Origin: Tortispora ganteri
Taxonomy: Eukaryota
Length of the DNA stretch: 24,220 bases
Assembly (NCBI GenBank): GCA_003707115.1
Contig: PPNB01000014.1
Span: forward strand, 186,001-210,220
Direction of reading: 5' to 3'
The notes under the pieces were generated by a model. The model worked only from the letters and a program-made list of their open reading frames with translations. It had not been told where the DNA came from and made no database searches. The translations under genes and the position numbers were made by a program. This document shows, one piece after another, positions 17,527-24,220 of this stretch; within the stretch, counting starts at the first letter, position 1; each line of letters starts with the position of its first letter.

Positions 17527-19296
17527 ATGGTCGCTAAAAGCTTTGAACATGACCCGCAATGGGTGGCGATCGACGAATCAAAAGTGATGTGCCAACCGCG
17601 CAAATTGCGAATGATCTGCATCGGCGCAGGATACTCGGGCCTGATCCTCGAACAGCGTATTACCCACAAGTACAAGCTAGATTATATTGACTACAAAATC
17701 TACGAAAAAAATCCAGATGTAGGAGGTACATGGTACGAGAACAGATATCCAGGGGTCGCCTGTGATATACCGGCACACTCCTATTCCTTCGACTTTGCAC
17801 CAAACCCGTACTGGTCGAAATACTACGCCACAGGACCCGAGATTTACGAGTATATCAAACTCGTCACTAAGCAGTATAATCTTGACCGCGCTGTCTCGTT
17901 TCTATCACGTGTTGTAAGCACTACATGGGACGAGAAATCCAGCCAGTGGCAACTGGAGATCGAAGTCACACAACGCGACGGGTCCGTCAAGACCATAAAC
18001 GACATTTGTGATATCCTTGTGGACGGATCGGGCGTACTAAATAAATGGAAATGGCCAGAGATCGATGGTCTGATGACATTCAAAGGCGAGCTTCTACATT
18101 CTGCGCGTTATAATGAAGACATAGATCTCACAGATAAAAGGTGCCTGGTTATCGGTAACGGGTCTTCTGCTATTCAAATAGTTCCGGCAATACAACCGAA
18201 AGTTGCCAAACTGTATACGACGTTCCGCAATCGTACCTGGTTGACCCCCGCTATTGCTCCACCTGGAGGCGATGTCTCAAGGGGTAACTTCGAATTCACG
18301 CTCGAGGAAATGCAGGAGTTTGCAGACAATCCGGACAAACTGCGCGCGTATCGTGCAGAGATCGAACACCAAATGGGCGCCGTAGTTAAACACATAATGC
18401 GCGCTGGCAGTACCGCTAGCCAAATGTACCAAGATATCTGCATCAAGCTTGCACAGAAAGCTATGTCAAAGAAACCCGAGTTGCTTGATAAATTGCTTCC
18501 TACCTGGGCGCCTGGCTGTCGTCGTCTCACTCCAGGATTTGGCTATCTTGAAGCATTGCAGGAGGATAATGTTGAAATCCAGTTCCAAGGTGTCAAGGAA
18601 ATCGGGCCTGACTGGGCGAAGTTTGACGACGGTACAATTATCAACAATCTCGATGTCATTATATGTGCTACAGGGTTCGACGTATCGTTCTCGCCACAAT
18701 GGAAATCTACGGGACGCGATGGTCACTCTCTTAACAAATTGTGGGCTGATGTACCGATGGCCTATATGGGCATAATGGCTCCACACATGCCGAATTACTT
18801 TGTCATGAACGGACCGAATAGCCCTGTAGCACACGGGTCTGTACTCACTACTGCCAATTTTGCCATCGATTGGATGTTTAAAGTCATCGATAAAATTGCA
18901 AAAGAAGATATCAAGTCTGTCTGCCCTAATGAGCAGGCCGTACACGAATACAACGTCTACATTCATGAACTGCTCAAGGGATCCGTATGGGCAGGGGATT
19001 GTACCGCCTGGTATAAGTATCACGGATATGTTACTGCATTGTATCCAGGATCCACATATCACTACATGAAACTACTCGAGAACCCACGCTGGGAAGATTT
19101 AGATTATCGTTATACCTCCATCAACAGGTACAGCTATCTCGGTAATGGGATTACGGTGTTTGAACAAGATCCTAAACGCAATCTCGGCGATTTCGTTGAT
19201 ATCACAGAACCTGCAGCGGCTCCAGAATGGTTTATGAATGGGAAACTGCGCAAAGAAGTTATTGCGCGTACAAAATATCGCGATAATTGCTACTAG
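17527..19296 (+). CDS. FAD/NAD(P)H-dependent monooxygenase, class B (BVMO/FMO-like, StcW/MoxY-type)
   Basis: GAGYSG and GNGSSA Rossmann motifs, GGTWYENRYPGVACD BVMO fingerprint, FKGELLHSARY, GCRR and CATGF. Confidence 0.9.
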   Translation: MVAKSFEHDPQWVAIDESKVMCQPRKLRMICIGAGYSGLILEQRITHKYKLDYIDYKIYEKNPDVGGTWYENRYPGVACDIPAHSYSFDFAPNPYWSKYYATGPEIYEYIKLVTKQYNLDRAVSFLSRVVSTTWDEKSSQWQLEIEVTQRDGSVKTINDICDILVDGSGVLNKWKWPEIDGLMTFKGELLHSARYNEDIDLTDKRCLVIGNGSSAIQIVPAIQPKVAKLYTTFRNRTWLTPAIAPPGGDVSRGNFEFTLEEMQEFADNPDKLRAYRAEIEHQMGAVVKHIMRAGSTASQMYQDICIKLAQKAMSKKPELLDKLLPTWAPGCRRLTPGFGYLEALQEDNVEIQFQGVKEIGPDWAKFDDGTIINNLDVIICATGFDVSFSPQWKSTGRDGHSLNKLWADVPMAYMGIMAPHMPNYFVMNGPNSPVAHGSVLTTANFAIDWMFKVIDKIAKEDIKSVCPNEQAVHEYNVYIHELLKGSVWAGDCTAWYKYHGYVTALYPGSTYHYMKLLENPRWEDLDYRYTSINRYSYLGNGITVFEQDPKRNLGDFVDITEPAAAPEWFMNGKLRKEVIARTKYRDNCY

Positions 19297-19394
19297 TTTT
19301 GTTTTTTATTTTCTTTATTTTCTTTGCTCTAAATTCTTTTTTCGTTTTTCTTCTCATTCCGGTCGTATGTTATAAGAAAAACAATACTGTAGAC

Positions 19395-20786
19395 TTATTT
19401 CAAATGCATTAGCATAGTAGAAGGGTTCTCAATGAGATTTTTCCACTCAGCAGCCATCTGAGCCATAGTCATTCCATCAACTGCTCGATGGTCAGCACTC
19501 CAGCTCATATTTAAAATTTCCTTAGATACGATTTCATTGTTCTTGCCAAATCGAGGCAGTTTTTGCGATCTTCCTAAACCAATGATTGCTAGCTGATCTG
19601 TAACAATAACTGGACCCAGATAAGTTCCGCCAATAGAACCAATGTTAGACAACGTAATGGTACCACCAGTCAGATCGGCAGGGGCCAATTTGCCAGCTCT
19701 AGCCGAATTTTGCAATCTATTCAGTTCAATGGCAATATCCAGGATACTGAGATTAGCAACATCTTTAATGTTAGGCACAACCAATCCTTTGTCAGTAGCC
19801 ATTGCAATTGCGATATTGTGTTGGGCACGGTACACCAATTGCGGCTTGGAGTTCGACAGATCAATTTTGGCATTCAAAAGAGGGTACTTCTGCAGCGCTA
19901 GAGACATAGCCTTAATAAATATAGGAAGGTAAGAGATTCTTTCAATTCCTCCCACGGGACTCGATTTCAACATAGCGTTGATCTGCGATCTGAGCACGAC
20001 AGCAGAGTCAAGACATACTTCATCCGTGTACAGGAAGCGAGGAATTTCCAGTGAAGCAGTCATTGATTTGAACATTTGTGCTTGAATCGGACCAAGAGGT
20101 ACTACTGTGTCTACCTGTATGGGCGCAGGACGAGACAAAGAGGGAGTCGATGGTGTTGCGACAGCGGAAGTGCCTGATGACTGTCCGGGCTGCTTTGGAC
20201 CTCCTTCTAAATATGCTGTAACGTCTTCTTTCATAATACGACCGTCCTTTCCAGAACCGGGAACAAGTGCGGTAATATCGATTTTGTGTTCGCGGCACAT
20301 TCTGCGAACAGCCGGAGTTGCAAGAACCAGTTCAGGGTCTAAAGAGTTTGCAGCAGTAGTAGTTGATGCGGTCTGGCCAGCAGATTCAGATGATACCAAC
20401 CCAGGATCAGCGGTGGACTCAGAAGCTAGGTTAGAAGCGGATTCATCTTCTTCGCCTTCGATATCTATATCTAGAAGCGGTTTGCCTACAGTAGCCATAT
20501 CGCCGACTTCGTAGTGGAGTTTCTTAATGACACCATTATATCTTGAGGTAATTTCGACAGAGGCCTTGTCGGACTGGACTTCGCAGATCTTGTCGAACTC
20601 TTCGACGCGGGAGTCTGGTTGGACAAACCATTGAATGACCTCGCATTCCTTGATACCTTCGCCAATATCGGCTAGTAGGTAGGGCTTGACTGCATTCAGG
20701 GTACGGCTGAAGTGAAAACCACGATAGCTGCTGGTGAGAGCGGTTTTAGCAATAGTCCGAGTTGCAATGCTGTAGAGGCTGTACAT
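19395..20786 (-). CDS. Branched-chain alpha-keto acid dehydrogenase E2 (dihydrolipoamide acyltransferase, DBT-like), mitochondrial
   Basis: R/S/T-rich presequence, LADIGEGI, lipoyl motif CEVQSDKASVEITSRY, E3-binding LATPAVRR...GSGKDGRIMKED, catalytic DHRAVDG. Confidence 0.9.
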   Translation of the reverse strand: MYSLYSIATRTIAKTALTSSYRGFHFSRTLNAVKPYLLADIGEGIKECEVIQWFVQPDSRVEEFDKICEVQSDKASVEITSRYNGVIKKLHYEVGDMATVGKPLLDIDIEGEEDESASNLASESTADPGLVSSESAGQTASTTTAANSLDPELVLATPAVRRMCREHKIDITALVPGSGKDGRIMKEDVTAYLEGGPKQPGQSSGTSAVATPSTPSLSRPAPIQVDTVVPLGPIQAQMFKSMTASLEIPRFLYTDEVCLDSAVVLRSQINAMLKSSPVGGIERISYLPIFIKAMSLALQKYPLLNAKIDLSNSKPQLVYRAQHNIAIAMATDKGLVVPNIKDVANLSILDIAIELNRLQNSARAGKLAPADLTGGTITLSNIGSIGGTYLGPVIVTDQLAIIGLGRSQKLPRFGKNNEIVSKEILNMSWSADHRAVDGMTMAQMAAEWKNLIENPSTMLMHLK

Positions 20787-21544
20787 GTTTAATTGCTTTT
20801 GTTGTGTAGGGTGAGGGTATGATCTATAAGATTAGCACAGAACGGAGGTGTTGGTGCAGGCAATTGTAGAGAGAGGCTCTATCAGGTCTAAATACTTGCA
20901 GTATATTGAGGCGTTGAAATGAGCAACTGTAGTTGGAACGCGAATATGCGGGTGCGGACCGAGGATGGATCTGTGCAAGGGGGTGGAAATTGGTGCGGGG
21001 GAGAAGAGTGGTCTTTGTAAACAATACAGGTCGCAACAGGCACAGTGAGGTAGGAACAGACAAGGTCAAATTCAATTAAATATCTGACGATCTATTCAAT
21101 TATCACCAAATAATGTGAATCAGCCAAAATTAGGTAAAGATAAAGAAAAGGTAGTCGCAAATTTCTCCACTGATTATATAGTCTGAACTTAAGATTTATC
21201 GGTTAGTGGATAGCGGTTACTGGGACACGGCCACATTGTGCGGTTAGTCGTAGAAGATTACCCTACCGGTGGGACTTTTACGGAGCTGTTTTATGTGCGA
21301 TATCAGTGAAAAGCTAAAATCACCGATCTGCGGAATTCTAAGCGATGATAGCGAAGACGAATTGATCAGACTGGGTGCAATAATGTATAGCCATTACACA
21401 AAAAAATTGATAAAATTATACAAGTACTGCTGATGTATATTGTTAAAATAATTTATAATTAATTTAAGGAACGTTTGCCGTGTCCAAATTGCTTTAACAA
21501 TCAGGGTTGCATTGTTTTTGTGAGCTAACCATAAATAACTCGAC

Positions 21545-21550
21545 CACGTG
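21545..21550. promoter_or_regulatory. CACGTG E-box, candidate Pho4 site for GDE1
   Basis: CCACGTGA about 125 bp upstream of the GDE1 ATG; GDE1 belongs to the PHO regulon in S. cerevisiae. Could equally be a Cbf1 site (TCACGTG on the - strand). Confidence 0.45.
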
Positions 21551-21674
21551 AAACCAGCCAGCGAGTCACAGCTACCAGGGTAGCAGCCCATACACACATT
21601 TTTACTAATTTTTCCTTTCAACTTGCGAAATAACAAATTTTTGTGATTTGTAGTAAAACGTAAAGGAGTGAATT

Positions 21675-24220
21675 ATGAAATTTAGCAAAAATTTACCACG
21701 GAATCAGGTGCCAGAATGGAGCCAGAACTACATTAACTATAAGCATCTGAAGCAGCTTATTAAGAAAGTGCTTGAAAAGACTAGGGATTCTAATAAACAG
21801 GTTAGCGACAGTGATCTTGCCACATTTTTTTATGCATTAGATCGAAATCTCGATACTGTTGAAGGGTTTTATGAAAAGCGAGAAGCAGAGTTCTCTAGGC
21901 GGATCCGGCTCCTTAGCCATAAGTACCCTCCTATTGGGGATCGCGTACAGGAACTTGACAGGGATGAAATCGAGGACCTCACGGCCGCATTACTTGAGGT
22001 TAGAAGTCAATTACGTAAATTGCATTGGTTTTGCGAAGTAAACAAGCGTGGGTTTATCAAGATCCTCAAGAAACTCGATAAGAAAACAGGATGTCACTAC
22101 CAGTCGCGGTACCTAGAAAGCAAGATATTCCTCAAACGGTTTGCCTCTGGCGCGCATCTTGCTAAACAACTCAACGATATAAATGATTGGCTTGTATTGC
22201 TGGGACGCAATGAGTCCAGCACGCGCCATGGTAGATCTGATTCTGCACTTAGAAGATCAACGTCCACGTCTAGTGTTTCCATCAGCTCAGAACCATTGCT
22301 CGAAGAGATCAAGACTGCTGTCAAAAATGATGACGTCCAAGCAGTAGAGTCACTCGTTACAGGCCAGAACCTTATTCACAAGGATCTGTTATCACTACTC
22401 TACAAGGCTGCTATCTGTAAGTCTATGTCCAGTTTGCGTTTCCTGCTCTCTATCACAGACGATATATCGGACCCCTATGAGATACATGGCAGGAATATCA
22501 TCCACAGAATGGTTGTCGTCAGGGGCAGAGAAGCCGCTGCAGAGTCAGGTATAGACCACTCTAATAGGTATATCCAGCCTGCAGAGTCTCCACAGGCGCG
22601 TGCCGTGAACACAAATTTCAGGCCAGACGCGGGATCCGCTCCTGACCCCGTCTACGTCGTCTCATTCATCCTCGACAATCTCAAACCTATTTGTCGCCAA
22701 GAGATAATAGCAAGGGATGTCTACGGAAGAAGACCGTTACACTACGCCGCAATGTACGGCCTTCGAACCGCAACGTCGACTATCATAAGCTACTCGAAGA
22801 AGTACGGCCTCTTTGACGAAAACATTACCCTGGATAGTGCAGAATGGCGAGACCTCGACAATATGTCTCCCATACATTATGCTGTTGTCGGAAACCATCC
22901 GCTAACCACTAAAGTCTTACTCAACGAGTTCCAAGCGAACCCACCCCTATCCAATTCGTCTGGACTTCTCCATCTGGCAGTAAAAGCCGGATCAGTCAGC
23001 ATTGTCGCATCGCTCATTGAGCACGGGCTTGACATAAACTACCGCGAGCCCGTAGCTGGCGAGACAGCTCTCTACGCAGCTGCAAGACTCGGCAACTACG
23101 ATATTGTCAAGTATCTCCTTGAACAGGGTGCAGACCAGACTATAGCCGAAGATAACTTCTCGTGGGTACCCTTGTTTACAGCTGCAGCAGATGGTAACAT
23201 GGAAATCGTGAAAATACTTCTTAGCTTTGGTGCAGATATTGAGCGCAAAGACTCTTCGGGCTGGACTGCCATGGAACATGCGTGTCTGCGAGGACATCTC
23301 GCCGTAGCTCAAATGATACAATGTCCTACATCACTCTGGGACAACTTGTCTGCTCCATTGACTCATTCAAGCAGTATGACTAGAGTTCAATCTCTTGACA
23401 CCGAGTCGAACTCCTCTTCACCGGTGGCAGAACCCGTCAAAAGTTTTGGTCATCCGTACCTGCAGCAGGAAAGTCTTATACTGGTCACTCTTGGTTCTAC
23501 AGATACCCGACAGTCGGCTGTCCCTGTCGAACTCGCGAAAGTTCCCTTTGATAAAGCACACTCCACACAACTAGACACAGCTCTCTCTTTAGTGATCGAG
23601 GCTTCAAACTCCTCAGATGAGCCCTTTATCAAAGATCTACCCATAGAAGACAACGTATCAACTGAACCGCTAGTGTTCCACTGCTCTGATCCTTCTAAGA
23701 CTCTATTGTTCTTTGATATTGTTCCTTCATACTCAGGGAACCAGAAACAGGTGCTGGGTCGTGCTGTCGCAATGCTGTCGTCGGTCCGTACCACGCTGCG
23801 CTCGTCTTTCCGGAGCTTACACCAGCTTATCACACTGCCAATTCTGCAGTCGAATACCCTGGAGATACTTGGACATATAAACTTTGAGTTTTTAGTAGTG
23901 AACCCCTTCTCGCACCCTAGAATGACTATCGGTAAGTCTTCTACCTACTGGAAGTCGCTGACTGCCTCGCGTGTCATTGGCCATCGGGGTCTCGGAAAGA
24001 ATGACACCAGCCGTAAGTCTTTGCAACTCGGAGAGAATACAGTCGAATCTTTCATTGCGGCTGCTAACCTGGGCGCCAGCTATGTCGAATTTGACGTTCA
24101 ACTTACCAAGGATTATGTGCCAGTCATCTACCATGATTTTCTCGTCGGTGAAACGGGTATAGATGTGCCCATGCATGCGTTGACAGTGGAACAGTTCTTG
24201 AATGCGTCGGAACACTCCAA
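21675..24220 (+). CDS. GDE1: Glycerophosphocholine phosphodiesterase Gde1 (SPX - ankyrin - GDPD), 3' end runs off the window
   Basis: Not in the ORF track (no stop). ATG 21675 gives MKFSKNLPRNQVPEWSQNYINYKHLK (SPX), GFIKILKKLDK, ankyrin repeats (GRRPLHYAA, GETALYAAA) and GDPD motifs VIGHRGLG, ENT and EFDVQLTKD...YHD. Confidence 0.95.
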   Translation, partial: MKFSKNLPRNQVPEWSQNYINYKHLKQLIKKVLEKTRDSNKQVSDSDLATFFYALDRNLDTVEGFYEKREAEFSRRIRLLSHKYPPIGDRVQELDRDEIEDLTAALLEVRSQLRKLHWFCEVNKRGFIKILKKLDKKTGCHYQSRYLESKIFLKRFASGAHLAKQLNDINDWLVLLGRNESSTRHGRSDSALRRSTSTSSVSISSEPLLEEIKTAVKNDDVQAVESLVTGQNLIHKDLLSLLYKAAICKSMSSLRFLLSITDDISDPYEIHGRNIIHRMVVVRGREAAAESGIDHSNRYIQPAESPQARAVNTNFRPDAGSAPDPVYVVSFILDNLKPICRQEIIARDVYGRRPLHYAAMYGLRTATSTIISYSKKYGLFDENITLDSAEWRDLDNMSPIHYAVVGNHPLTTKVLLNEFQANPPLSNSSGLLHLAVKAGSVSIVASLIEHGLDINYREPVAGETALYAAARLGNYDIVKYLLEQGADQTIAEDNFSWVPLFTAAADGNMEIVKILLSFGADIERKDSSGWTAMEHACLRGHLAVAQMIQCPTSLWDNLSAPLTHSSSMTRVQSLDTESNSSSPVAEPVKSFGHPYLQQESLILVTLGSTDTRQSAVPVELAKVPFDKAHSTQLDTALSLVIEASNSSDEPFIKDLPIEDNVSTEPLVFHCSDPSKTLLFFDIVPSYSGNQKQVLGRAVAMLSSVRTTLRSSFRSLHQLITLPILQSNTLEILGHINFEFLVVNPFSHPRMTIGKSSTYWKSLTASRVIGHRGLGKNDTSRKSLQLGENTVESFIAAANLGASYVEFDVQLTKDYVPVIYHDFLVGETGIDVPMHALTVEQFLNASEHS

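Overview
Gene-dense chromosomal segment from a budding yeast (Saccharomycotina) outside the Saccharomycetaceae. CUG reads as Leu, a branched-chain keto-acid dehydrogenase E2 is retained, the ribosomal-protein promoter is Homol-D/Tbf1 type, and no coding introns are needed. Gene order: ALE1-like MBOAT (partial, -), FMP52-like (-), SYM1/Mpv17 (-), PIL1/LSP1 (+), orphan ORF (+), RPS2 (+), DRS1 (-), DHA1 MFS transporter (-), glucose-6-phosphate 1-epimerase (+), TAE1/NTM1 (+), MET7 (-), Pep4-like aspartic protease (-), Dcg1-like racemase (+), BVMO/FMO flavoprotein monooxygenase (+), BCKDH E2 (-), GDE1 (partial, +). I found no mobile elements, CRISPR arrays, tRNA or rRNA. Most of the window is housekeeping. 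The most noteworthy items are: (1) a divergent protease/racemase pair sharing a promoter packed with GATA/TATCGG repeats next to a monooxygenase, possibly a nitrogen-scavenging module; (2) an atypical ILGN substitution and KR site in the protease; (3) an 18-bp tail-to-tail overlap of TAE1 and MET7; (4) an orphan ORF whose frame stays open past its TGA; (5) Homol-D boxes upstream of three genes. All functional calls rest on motif recognition by eye; no searches were run.
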